DNA from: Macrostomum hystrix
Taxonomy: Eukaryota; Animalia; Platyhelminthes
NCBI GenBank assembly: GCA_950097015.1
Contig: CATNEN010000041.1
Span: 620,001-684,000, forward strand
Reading direction: 5' to 3'
Length of the DNA: 64,000 nucleotides
A model generated the notes under the pieces. That model ran no database searches. It had not been told where the DNA came from and saw only the letters and a program-made list of their open reading frames with translations. Below, piece after piece: positions 1 to 11,650 of this stretch. Position numbers and translations under genes: made by a program. How positions within the stretch are numbered: position 1 is the first letter of the stretch; each line of letters opens with the position of its first letter.

Positions 1-665
1 CCGCAGCGAGACAAAGCAGAGCCACGCAGCGAGACATGACGGCAGTTACTGTCTGAAATTTAATTTTTTTCCTGTCTGCAAAATGATTCAACAGGTGAGA
101 TTGCTTGGTGGGCTATGGCTTCGGAGGCAGCGGGCCCTGCAGCTGAATTTATACCCTGTCGGATCCTCCACCGCCCGCGAGATTATCCCGCATAATCCTA
201 TTTATTTCTGTTGCCACCAAGTCCTTCAAGCTTGGCGGATTAGCCATGCCCCATTGTGCGAAGTGGACATTGTAAATACCAGCTGTGACACGGGAGAACA
301 AAAGGCCCAACTATCTCGGCAAATCGAATGGAGAGCCAATTATTGAATAATTTGAACTTACCAAATTTGAGATGATCGGCTTATCGGCAAGGTGACAGGC
401 GACCTCTGAGCCAAGGATTTTTGCTTTTCCTGGAGTTCATTGGCTTGGCGGGTTAAATAGGCGAGAAATGACCGCTCAGGCAGCTGTTTACATGAATTTG
501 ATGCAAACAGTAAACAATCTATTTACTGTTTGCATGACTCCCGAGAATCACACGACAGCCTCCCCCAGACTCACCGGCTGACAGACAGTGTCAAATAAAA
601 CACAAAGTTTACCTATTATTAGGCTGCTGTGCACATTCCCACGCTTAGTCCGAAAATGCCGCAGG

Positions 666-846
666 AGATTCACATAGAATTCACATAGAATTCACATAGA
701 ATTCACATAGAATTCACATAGAATTCACATAGAATTCACATAGAATTCACATAGAATTCACATAGAATTCACATAGAATTCACATAGAATTCACATAGAA
801 TTCACATAGAATTCACATAGAATTCACATAGAATTCACATAATTCC
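666..846. repeat. 11-bp tandem array (AGAATTCACAT), about 16 copies
   Basis: Read directly; near-perfect copies. Confidence 0.95.
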
Positions 847-1696
847 GCGAGCAGTAGCCAACAATAAAAAGTTGTCATTGCAGCTCGGAGCAGAAGAAGC
901 AGAAGACAGAGCGAAAGCAATAAAACACAGATTTTGCGTGTTTGCTTGCTCACATTTGGGTGTTCTTTAATATGCGCACAACGCGGTGCATTTGTCTATT
1001 TTTGGGTTCGGAGGCCCGCTTAGAAATAGACAAATATTAAAAAATGATTTCTTATAATTATATGCAGAAGTCCATAGAAAAATAGATAATATGCTGCTGA
1101 GTTTGCAAGGTAGAGATAGCTTAATACAATAGACTTGTGTGGCAGTAGGTTAAACTGTTTAGACTAAAATTAAAATCTTAAAAAAATTTCAGCGGCATAA
1201 ATAGGAGAATACATTCGGATAAGGATTTTCAACAAAAAACTGACAGTTGAAATAAAAAAATCGATAGTCAATAATCAACCTTTGTGTGCTTAAATGGCTT
1301 CTCAGCATTGGAATTCGAATCGGTGCGCATATCTAAATAGCAGCACATTAAAACAAATTAAATAAAAAAAATCTGCAAATTATTTTAATATTAAGTCACT
1401 ATATCCATAAAGCAATATAACATAAAATAAGAAAATATAATATCCCTGGAATTGGGGCAGAACACAGACATAATGCAACCGCTGCAATCTGCAACAGCTG
1501 CCAACTGCAACCGCTGCAATCTGCAACAGCTGCAATCTGCTGCAATGTACAAATCGTCACAAAAAATAAAATGATGTCAATCAACTGCTCAAGAAAAGGA
1601 ATGTGAAGCATAATCTGTTACTTTGGTGCTCAGTAATGACAAAGATAGGCACATTATAAAGATACCGCATTAGTGCACGTGCAAACTGTTAGAGCA

Positions 1697-2500
1697 TCTG
1701 ACATAATCCACCACAGTCTGACATAATCCACCACAGTCTGACATACTCCACCACAGTCTGACATAATCCACCACAGTCTGACATAATCCATCACAGTCTG
1801 ACAATCCATCACAGTCTGACAATCCATCACAGTCTGACAATCCATCACAGTCTGACATAATCCACCACAGTCTGACATAATCCACCACAGTCTGACATAA
1901 TCCATCACAGTCTGACAATCCATCACAGTCTGACATAATCCACCACAGTCTGACATAATCCATCACAGTCTGACAATCCATCACAGTCTGACAATCCATC
2001 ACAGTCTGACAATCTATTACAGTCTGACAATCCATCACAGTCTGACAATCTATTACAGTCTGACAATCCATCACAGTCTGACATAATCCATCAGCGTCTG
2101 ACATAATCCACCACAGTCTGACATAATCCATCACAGTCTGACATAATCCATCACAGTCTGACATAATCCATCACAGTCTGACAATCCATCACAGTCTGAC
2201 AATCTATTACAGTCTGACAATCCATCACAGTCTGACAATCTATTACAGTCTGACAATCCATCACAGTCTGACAATCTATTACAGTCTGACAATCCATTAC
2301 AGTCTGGCATAATCCATCAGCGTCTGACATAATCCATCACAGTCTGACAATCCATCACAGTCTGACAATCTATCACAGTCTGACAATCTATTACAGTCTG
2401 ACAATCCATCACAGTCTGACAATCCATCACAGTCTGACAATCCATCACAGTCTGACATAATCCATCACAGTCTGACATAATACATCACTGTCTGACATAA
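1697..2500. repeat. Mixed 20/18-bp minisatellite (ACATAATCCA[C/T]CACAGTCTG / ACAATCCATCACAGTCTG), downstream of the EFCAB6-like stop
   Basis: Read directly; two interspersed unit lengths. Confidence 0.95.
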
Positions 2501-2571
2501 TAAGAAAGATGTACGCCCTTAACTAACTACTAAGTCCATGAGTAGTTTAGAAGTCAAGCAGGGCGAATTCG

Positions 2572-5500
2572 TCACTGTGGCGACTCGGCTACGTCAAGCA
2601 GCTGCATGACGAACTCCTGGTAATTGACCCGGCCGTCCATGTCCAGGTCGAACTCCGTGAGCAGCATGAACAGGTCGTCCTCCGACAGTCGGTAGCCGCA
2701 GCTTTGCACGACCCGCCTGAGCTCCGCCTCGCTGAGGTAGCCGGTCTTCTGCGAGTCGAACCTGCGAAACGCCAGCAGCAGACTCTTCCACTCGAACAGC
2801 AGCTGCGGGTCATGTGACAGTGGGTAATTTAAGTCCACTGCAGCTGTCAGTCATCGCCAATCAACTGTCAGTCATCGGCAATCAACTGTCAGTCATCGCC
2901 AATCAACTGCCAGTCATCGCCAATCAACTGCCAGTCATCGCAAATCAACTGCCAGTCATCGCAAATCAACTGCCAGTCATCGCCAATCAACTGCCAGTCA
3001 TCGCAAATCAACTGCCAGTCATCGCCAATCAACTGCCAGTCATCGCAAATCAACTGCCAGTCATCGCCAATCAACTGCCAGTCATCGCCAATCAACTGCC
3101 AGTCATCGCCAATCAACTGCCAGTCATCGTCAATCAACTGCCAGTCACTGCCAATCAACTGCCAGTCATCGCAAATCAACTGCCAGTCATCGCAAATCAA
3201 CTGCCAGTCATCGCAAATCAACTGCCAGTCATCGGCAATCAACTGCCTGTCATCGGCAATCAACTGTCAGTCATCGCCAATCAACTGCCAGTCATCGCCA
3301 ATCAACTGCCAGTCATCGCCAATCAACTGCCAGTCATCGCAAATCAACTGCCAGTCATCGCAAATCAACTGCCAGTCATCGCAAATCAACTGCCAGTCAT
3401 CGCCAATCAACTGCCAGTCATCGCAAATCAACTGCCAGTCATCGCCAATCAACTGCCAGTCATCGCCAATCAACTGCCAGTCATCGCCAATCAACTGCCA
3501 GTCATCGTCAATCAACTGCCAGTCACTGCCAATCAACTGCCAGTCATCGCAAATCAACTGCCAGTCATCGCAAATCAACTGCCAGTCATCGCAAATCAAC
3601 TGCCAGTCATCGGCAATCAACTGCCTGTCATCGGCAATCAACTTTCAATCAAAACTAATTTGCTCACCTTCTCCCTCATTCGCTCCACAATCTCTTCCAC
3701 TCTCAGTCGGGTGCCAGTTTTCTAAAATAAAAGTGCAGAGAAGATTTAATCAGCCCGGAGTTCAGCTGACATGTCAGTTGAGCAGTCAGCAGAGACCTAC
3801 CTTGTCGCTCAAGACGGTGCTTAACTTATCCTCGTTTCGTTTGACGAATCGCTTCAGGAAGTCCAAATAATTGAATCTAAATCAATGAAGAAAACGGATT
3901 CCTTCCAAGTTGGTGTATAATTGAAGACAACTTCAAACGTGATATTAATCCCAATTCTCACCGGCCGTCACCGCGAGTTTCGAATTTCTTGGAAAGCGTG
4001 TCAATTTCCAACGGGGTGAGCGGCAGTTTGAACTCCTGCACCAGGGCCTGCACAAATTATTCATTTTATTCTTATAGCGGGTTTTACGAGTTTCAATAAA
4101 GAAAAATGCCCTGCAGACTACTGACAGTATGCGCTGTAAGCGGCACTCACTCTAAACTCAGCCCTCTGAATGCAGGAGGTGCCCTGGGAATCTAGGTGCC
4201 TTAGCACCCGCTTCAGCTCGTCCCAGTTCTGCACGACCACACTGCGACACTTGTCAATCAGTGCGTCGGCTCGCAGGTCGAAAACCTCCTGCGGCGTCGA
4301 TAGGCGACCGGGTGGAGGCGGCGGAGGTTGCGTAGCTCGCTGCTGATTGGCTGCCCGCCACTGGCGCAGACGAGTCACATTTGGGTCAGCAGTTTGGCCT
4401 GCGGAGGGTGGGTGGGTTTGGGGTGAGCGGTCTGGCCTGCGGAGGGTGGGTGGGTTTGGGTTGAGCGGTCTGGCCTGCGTAGGGTGGGTTTGGGGTGAGC
4501 GGTCTGGCCTGCGAAGGGTGGGTGGGTTTGGGGTGAGCGGTCTGGCCTGTGGAGGGTGGGTGGGTTTGGGTTGAGCGGTCTGGCCTGCGTAGGGTGGGTT
4601 TGGGGTGAGCGGTCTGGCCTGCGGAGGGTGGGTGGGTTTCGCTCACTGGCTGATGAGAGGACCTAGACTACGACGTCACTCTATTCTCGATGACGTTTTC
4701 TCAAAGTGAAGCGAAGAAGAATTCTAATAAGCTACTCATGGAAAAAAAATTTAGGACCCTGAAACGCTCACTCACTCCGCCATCCGTTTCTGTTTCCGGC
4801 TCGCAGCCGCTCCTGCGTCCGCTCGTGCAGGTTGGTCATGAAGTAGCGGACCATTTGCCTGTAGGTCCAGCCGCCCTGCTCATCCGTGTCAAGCGTTGAC
4901 CACAGAGTGTCCAGCTCCGAGTCCGTCAGAGTCACGCCGGCTCTAAAAGATGGGGGTTGGAACACTACTATTAGTTGTTTCTCAGTCACTGATTCACCCA
5001 GCAGTGACTCAACAGTGACTCATCAATGACTCAGCAGTGACTCATGTTCAAGCCCTCGGTTGAACTCACGCGCCAAGCAAGCTGCGAAACTGGGCCTTGC
5101 TCAGCTGGCCAGTGTTCCTGCGATCCATCTGCTTGAACAGCTTGTCCACCTGGTGGAAGCGGTTCCTCAGCGCGTCCTCCACCAGCAGGCTGGTCTCGCT
5201 GACCGACCGGTCGCCCCGATGCTGGACACGAGCCCTCGCCTCCTCCTGCGTCGCCCGCGACAGCCGCAACTCCTCTAGGGCGGCCGCGGCGGCAGCAGCC
5301 GACACTGAGGACGGCCGACCGGCGGTGGACTGCAGCTGCGGTCGCAGCGGAGTGGGAGGTCGCGAGAACCGAACTCTGCCAACTGCGGCATCTCGATTCC
5401 AGGAGTTCGGACTGTGGCGGTTGGGGAGTTTATACCGAATTGGCTTGATCTAGTCACCATCTAGATTGAATCTGGCTTGATCTAGTCACCATCTAGATTG

Positions 5501-8500
5501 AATCTGGCTTGATCTAGTCACTGTCTAGATTGAATCTGGCTTGATCTATCTAGTCATCATCTAGATTGAATCTGGCTTGATCTAGTCACCATCTAGATTG
5601 AATCTGGCTTGATCTAGTCACCATCTAGATTGAATCTGGCTTGATCTAGTCACTGTCTAGATTGAATCTGGCTTGATCTAGTCACCATCTAGATTGAATC
5701 TGGCTTGATCTAGTCACCGTCTAGATTGAATCTGGCTTGATCTAGTCACCGTCTATATTGAATCTGGCTTGATCTAGTCACTGTCTAGATTGAATCTGGC
5801 TTGATCTAGTCACCATCTAGATTGAATCTAGCTTGATCTAGTCACTGTCTAGATTGAATCTGGCTTGATCTAGTCACCGTCTAGATTGAATCTGGCTTGA
5901 TCTAGTCACCGTCTATATTGAATCTGGCTTGATCTAGTCACTGTCTAGATTGAATCTGGCTTGATCTAGTCACCATCTAGATTGAATCTAGCTTGATCTA
6001 GTCACCGTCTAGATTGAATCTGGCTTGATCTAGTCACTGTCTAGATTGAATCTGGCTTGATCTAGTCACCATCTAGATTGAATCTGGCTTGATCTAGTTC
6101 CCATCTAGATTGAATCTGGCTTGATCTAGTCACCATCTAGATTGAATCTGGCTTGATCTAGTCACTGTCTAGATTGAATCTGGCTTGATCTAGTCACCAT
6201 CTAGATTGAATCTGGCTTGATCTAGTCACTGTCTAGATTGAATCTGGCTTGATCTAGTCACCGTCCAGATTGAATCTGGCTTGATCTAGTCACCGTCCAG
6301 ATTGAATCTCGGGACTTACGCTATGTGAAAGAGCTCCAGGAAAGCCCTGTACGGCACGGCCCCGCTGCGGCCCCTGGCAATCTTGGACAGCACTTCGTCC
6401 AGCTGCGCGTCGCTGATTTCGTCGTCCGGCAGTAGCCGACGGAGCACAGAGAAGAAGGCGGCCTCCGTGATGATGCCAGAGCGCTTCTGATCGTGCCGAC
6501 TGAGCGGGGTGAGCGGTGATCAAGATTGGCGTGAATCGGAAATCGGTGGGTGCGAATGGAATGAGAATACTCACAGGAATCCGAAGTACATCTGCAGGTA
6601 GTCCCTGTGGAAGAATCTCAGCAACTGCAGTTCCAGCTGGTAGGGCGTCAGCGGGGCGCTGCTGGGCGCAAAAGTTTCGTCCAGGCTGTCCATGGAAACA
6701 GGAGAATTCGGGATGTTAATTGGACTTTCTGAGTTTCTAAGAAGTGAATGGTTCTTCACTGTGGGTTGGAACCCATGACCTCACCCCACAGGTGACCTGT
6801 CGCCCAGCAGGTAGCGGTGCAGCAGCGAGTTGGGGCCCCTGGCGTTGAGGCGGTCCAGCAGCTCCGTGTAGCTCAGGGCGCCCCTAGCCGAGCGCATGCT
6901 GAACCGCTGCAGGAACTGCTCCAGATCGGAGGTCCGAGTTTCGAATCCGAACTGCTGCAGGATGCTTTGGAAGGTGGTCAGCGTGACGCAGCCGTCCTGC
7001 ATGGCGTCGCAGTGCCTGAACGTCACCAACACCGCGTTGTAGGCCTCATCAAACTGGAAATAGCATCAGAATGGGTTGCCTGCGGTTCTATGCTACTTGA
7101 AGTGGTGATTGCAAATCAGGACACGCACCATGTAGAACAGGTTGTCCATGAAGTGCTCGAACAGTGGCCGCCTCTGGCGAAGCATCTCGTAACGGCGGAG
7201 GTAGCGCAGCTCCTCGGCGTAGTCGGCATCGGCGTCGCCTCCCCGACGACTGCTGGCCGGAGTCGGCGGCTTCCGCAGCACCACAGCCGTGTCATCCTTA
7301 AAAGGATTTTCATGGAATCTATGATTTGCAGAGCAAGTTATATAGGTTACTACTGCAAGTAGAAAAGAAACGATAAAAACGATCTGTAAAATTAGTTTTT
7401 TGCTGAGTCCACGCAACATTTTTCAAGGATTCCGCTCATGGAATTTAAGCTCACCTGCTGCACAATATTGTCACGGAAGATGTTGAAAATAACCTGAAAT
7501 AGATAGGAAATTATTTTACTATTTCTAATAACTTAGTAGTATGACAAGCGCGCAAATATGGAACAGAGAGGCACCTCAACATTCACATTGGCCTCATTCT
7601 TGGCCTGGTGTTCGGGCGCGCCAGCAACCAGTTGGCCTCGTCGCGACGTCTGCATCGTCGGGACCGTCCGGGAGCGAACCAGCGCCGCTGGCTGGTCCAG
7701 CATGAACTGCTTGGCGCTGAGGCCCAGCATGCCGAGCAGCTGGAAGGTGCTGACCGCGCCGGTGCCCTGGGTGTCGATTCTTGGGAGAGAAGCGGTTAAG
7801 TGCCCGTGAGTTGAAACTCGGTGAGGGAAAACCAATTGGAAATAAAATCCTGATCGCAAAGCCATTTATCAGTGATCAGTGAATGCAACTTAAAGCTTGG
7901 ACTGGAACCACTTCTAGGTAGAAGTTCGGAGAATGCTTTTACGAATAATTTTTGTCGATTTGCTCGCTGCGACTGGGGCACCTGTGCTGCTACAATTGAA
8001 AAATGCAATTGCTTGCTATGTAGAAACAGACCAAGCCTCGGTCTCACCAGTCAATGTCATAGTCTCGCCTGTCAATACCATAGTCTCGCCTGTCAATACC
8101 ATAGTCTCGCCTGTCAATACCATAGTCTCGCCTGTCAATACCATAGTCTCGCCTGTCAATACTATACTCTAACCTGTCAGTAACATAGTCTCACCAGTCG
8201 ATACCCCAAAACAATAGACTCACCTGTCACTACGATTGTCTCACCTGTCTATACCCAGTCCCAACCTGTCAGTACCATAATCTCACCTGTCAATACCATA
8301 GTCTTACCTGTCAATACCATAATCTCATCTGTCAATACAATTATCTCACCTTTCAATACCATAGTCACACCTGTCAATCTCTGGTCGCAGATGTCAATCC
8401 ACTAAATGTATTACCCGTCAGCAGCCCAACAATTTTATATTTGCTACTCCAATATTTCACCAATGTCCAGCTTATTAATTTCGCAACGCATCCGCGGCCG

Positions 8501-9614
8501 GCCTCACCTATCCCAGAACTTTTCAAACTCCGACGCCACCATCGGCACGCCGAGGCCTTCTCGCAGCGCCCGCCAGAGCTGCGGCTTCAGCACCAGGCCG
8601 CCGGGCTCAAAGCAGGCCTCGGGCAGGAGGTCGCGCGGGTCGAAGCCGCCGGCCTGCGCCTCCCGGCGGAGCAGGGAGAAAGCGCGAGCGGCGCCCACCG
8701 GCTTGAGCAGCGCGCCATCTCGCTCATCAATTTTACGCTGCTGCCGACGCTCCTGGCGACCCATGGCAGCTCTGAACTCGCTGAATGACACAGTCTGCTG
8801 CTCGTCGAGACCCAACCGGTCAAGCAGCCGGTGGAACTGGTCGATGCGGATGTGACCGCACACGGTGTTTAGGATCTTCAGCAAGCCGTTGCTGAATTTG
8901 AAGAGGTAACGCGATTCGGTCAGTCTTGTGACAGGTGTCTTGTGACAGGTGTCTTGTGACAGGTGTCTTGTGACAGGTGTCTTGTGACAGGTGTCTTGTG
9001 ACAGGTGTCTTGTGACAGGTGTCTTGTGAGTCTTGGCTCATTGACAAGACTTACTTCAGGGTTAAGTTCTGTTTAGATCGAATCCGCACACAATGAGCTG
9101 CTAGGGGGCCCCGTACTCACCGATGAACTCGACCGTTTCTGGCCGGGTCGGAGGCCTTAAACATGCTCTCGATCGCGAACTGCTCTCTGCGCAGCTTCTC
9201 GCGGATCATGTACTCGATCTGCGGGCAACGGACGGGCGGGAATGAAGAAATTAAGTGCTTCAATGTATCAGGAAATTGCCTCAGTTCTGTAAAACTTACC
9301 TCTGAGTCCGAAACCATGTCGTTCGCGGCCTTCTTCTGTCGCAGTCGATTGTCGAGACTCTCTAAAATTTGTTTTATTGTCTTTCTTTGCATAGAGACTG
9401 TTATAAAACAAACAAAGAGTTAAAAATTGTATCGAGGTAAACACACGCCCAACCCACCGAACTGCATGCTCCGAGTAACTCCGCCCATTTCATTGAAGTC
9501 GAACTCGAAGCTGCCGCGCAGGTCAATCCTGGCTGTGCCGTTCCCGTTGGCCGCTACGGCCGCGCGGCTCGTCCGGGCCTTCTGAGCTACAGAACTCCTC
9601 GGCGGGTAGGACAT
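2572..9614 (-). CDS. EFCAB6: EFCAB6-like multi-EF-hand protein, 17 exons, about 987 aa
   Basis: Hand-built, phase-consistent GT-AG model. Exons (minus): 9614-9458, 9397-9300, 9218-9121, 8891-8508, 7779-7575, 7493-7455, 7296-7129, 7053-6785, 6736-6575, 6499-6320, 5411-5070, 4942-4776, 4398-4151, 4047-3962, 3876-3801, 3721-3668, 2802-2572 (2964 nt). Repeated EF-hand pairs such as FKASDPARNGRV, FKQMDRRNTGQLSKAQF, LRHLDSQGTSCIQRAEF and FRRFDSQKTGYLSEAEL...FDLDMDGRVNYQEF. The EF-hand call is strong; the symbol rests on recalled architecture. Confidence 0.8.
2843..3645. repeat. 21-bp intronic minisatellite (CAATCAACTGCCAGTCATCGC), about 38 copies
   Basis: In the last EFCAB6-like intron; contains a 378-bp higher-order duplication. 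Confidence 0.95.
4392..4640. repeat. 38/34-bp array spanning a splice acceptor
   Basis: Minus-strand unit CACCCACCCTCCGCAG/GCCAGACCGCTCACCCCAAACC; seven acceptor copies at exon-start positions 4398, 4436, 4474, 4508, 4546, 4584, 4618. Confidence 0.9.
5441..6310. repeat. 32-bp intronic minisatellite (TCTAGATTGAATCTGGCTTGATCTAGTCACCA), about 27 copies
   Basis: Fills intron 5412-6319 of the EFCAB6-like gene. Confidence 0.95.
8036..8385. repeat. 21-bp intronic minisatellite (AGTCTCGCCTGTCAATACCAT), degenerating rightwards
   Basis: Read directly; intron 7780-8507. Confidence 0.9.
8921..9030. repeat. 14-bp intronic array (GTCTTGTGACAGGT), about 7-8 copies
   Basis: Read directly; intron 8892-9120. 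Confidence 0.95.
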
Positions 9615-9686
9615 GGCTGAAAGAATTTGATCGGATGGACCCTTTACCAGTAGTTTAATTAGTCCCTGGTATCGACCCAACTCAGC

Positions 9687-9701
9687 GTTACCACTGGGCA
9701 C
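9687..9701 (-). promoter_or_regulatory. X-box-like motif about 70 bp upstream of the EFCAB6-like ATG
   Basis: Minus strand GTGCCC-AGT-GGTAAC, one mismatch to the X-box consensus. Confidence 0.35.
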
Positions 9702-11650
9702 TCAGAACCTATTTCGTGACTTTATACATTTTAGCTCGTATGCCATTTCACTGTCATTCCTGTCTCACTTTTTTCTGCAGCTTTCTAGTAGCCTCACGAA
9801 ATTCATTAGAAAAATTAATTAATACTACTTTAAGCATTAAAAGACACGAACCGCATCAATAAAGTAATTAAAAAGCATGGGTTATCAGATGAAAGAAATG
9901 TAAGCATGAAACAAAGTAAGTGTACAGTAATCTTATATCAGAATATATATAATTATTTTTTTTTTCAAACATTTGAAAACTACGAATATTTATTTTTAAT
10001 TGTTCTCCCTGCCCGTCTGCAGTATTCTTCTAATTCTGAATTAGAGGGATGACATCTGCTAAATAGATGAGTGCTGATAAATTTGCGTTATTTCATTTCC
10101 AAAAGAGCATGCACGTAGTTTCGAAAAAATCGCTAAGCGATATAATATATAATATAACATTTATTGGTATATCATTGCCATCCTTTTGAAAAAAAGCTAT
10201 ATTAAATAAATATCTTTTTATCAGTAAAGTGAAAGTTAAAAGAAAAATAATCAACAATAATACTTTTTGTTGCTAAATTGCAAACAGGCAACAATTGGGG
10301 AGAAAGTTTTGCTTGAAGAAAGAAAATGGTTTTAGATGATGATAGTCACAAAAATTATTGCTTTGAAGAATAAAAATTAAATCCATATTTAAATATCTAA
10401 CTTCATGCTCTCAAAGCAGCTATTTTTATCTATAAACGGACGTAAAAAATTCTTTCGTTAGGCCTAGTACGTCAAAAATATGAACAATCGTCATAAGTCA
10501 AATGTTGCATGTGTACCAAAAAATACAACTTTATTAGATAAGTACTGATACATAAGCTAATAAAATAAAATTAAATTAACTTATTAGGACAGTCATGATA
10601 TTTCTCAAAAAAAGTTTATCGAGTGCAATAGAAAATATTTGTTTAGATGATGTAAGCTATCAAAGTAAAACTATACTGCACATTAATATTTGTTCAAATT
10701 GCACAGTTCCTGCTAAGTGCCCATTCCTTATGTAATTTAAAAAACAAAAATATTATTCTAAATTTTCCTAGTATACTTTATAAACCGTAGTTTTGTATAC
10801 ACGATAAATTTCAACATTATTTTTTCCGTTCTAAATTTTGAGAAATTCCTGGTTACCAGAATATTTAAGATTCTATATTATAACCAATTAAAGCAGAGCG
10901 AATATAAAAATACGAATTTATATAAGCATAAGCTTTTATTTGCAATTCAATATTTTTTGTTTTTATCCTTCTTTTATTAAAAAAGGCACATAAAGCAAAA
11001 GAACAGAAATGAATAATTTCAAACAACGAGCTATGTATATAAATATAGAAAGCTCGCTTTTTTTAATTCTTCGCTTATTAATAAAACCAGATCCATGAAT
11101 AAAATGGACAATGAAACACAATGAAAATGAAAATTTGTAAAAATAATCGTCATTGAAAATAACTTAATGGAAAAATTTAGTATATTGCTCATCGTTTTTA
11201 AACAGTTAAAATCTTCATGTTTTATTTATGAATGTTCTAAGAGTTCGGAATAGCTAGCTCATTTTCCAGGACTGTTCCCATTGATAACAATCTGAGCAGT
11301 ACGTTTTAACCTAATACGCTGGCACTATTTAAACTTTGCGTCAACCCAAGCTCTTAACTTTAAATATTGCTTGGATCAAGTTCTGTTTAGCAAGAAAAAT
11401 AATATAATTCAAAGTGGCTAAAACAGATAGTACTAGGCTTAAACTTTAATATCCCTAATTTGAGTCTATGAGAAGTGTGCAAAAGAAAAAATGGGAGAAA
11501 CGTAGTCTTACTTAAATACTTTTTATTATATTGATAAGTCACAGTAAGCAAAATAATCTTTATTTTTCTTTATATTCCTGGTTCGTACGAACTCTCCTAA
11601 ATTGTTAATAACAATTGATTTGCAGCAAATTAGTGCTCTCGCATCAGCTA

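Noticed and set aside
83-346. Short ORFs in unique non-coding regions (also 25142-25578, 49062-49247, 51600-52745, 57559-58320, 59296-59896)
   Set aside because: No recognisable motif and no consistent splice model; treated as chance ORFs.
2814-3725. 303-aa (QLPVIAN)n ORF
   Set aside because: Translation of the 21-bp intronic array, antisense to the EFCAB6-like gene.
5441-5452. CTAG/ATCAAG in the 32-bp array as the exon acceptor (a seventh junction-spanning array)
   Set aside because: With the phase-2 donor at 6319 it leads to a stop at 5275. The in-frame acceptor is CCACAG at 5412, outside the array.
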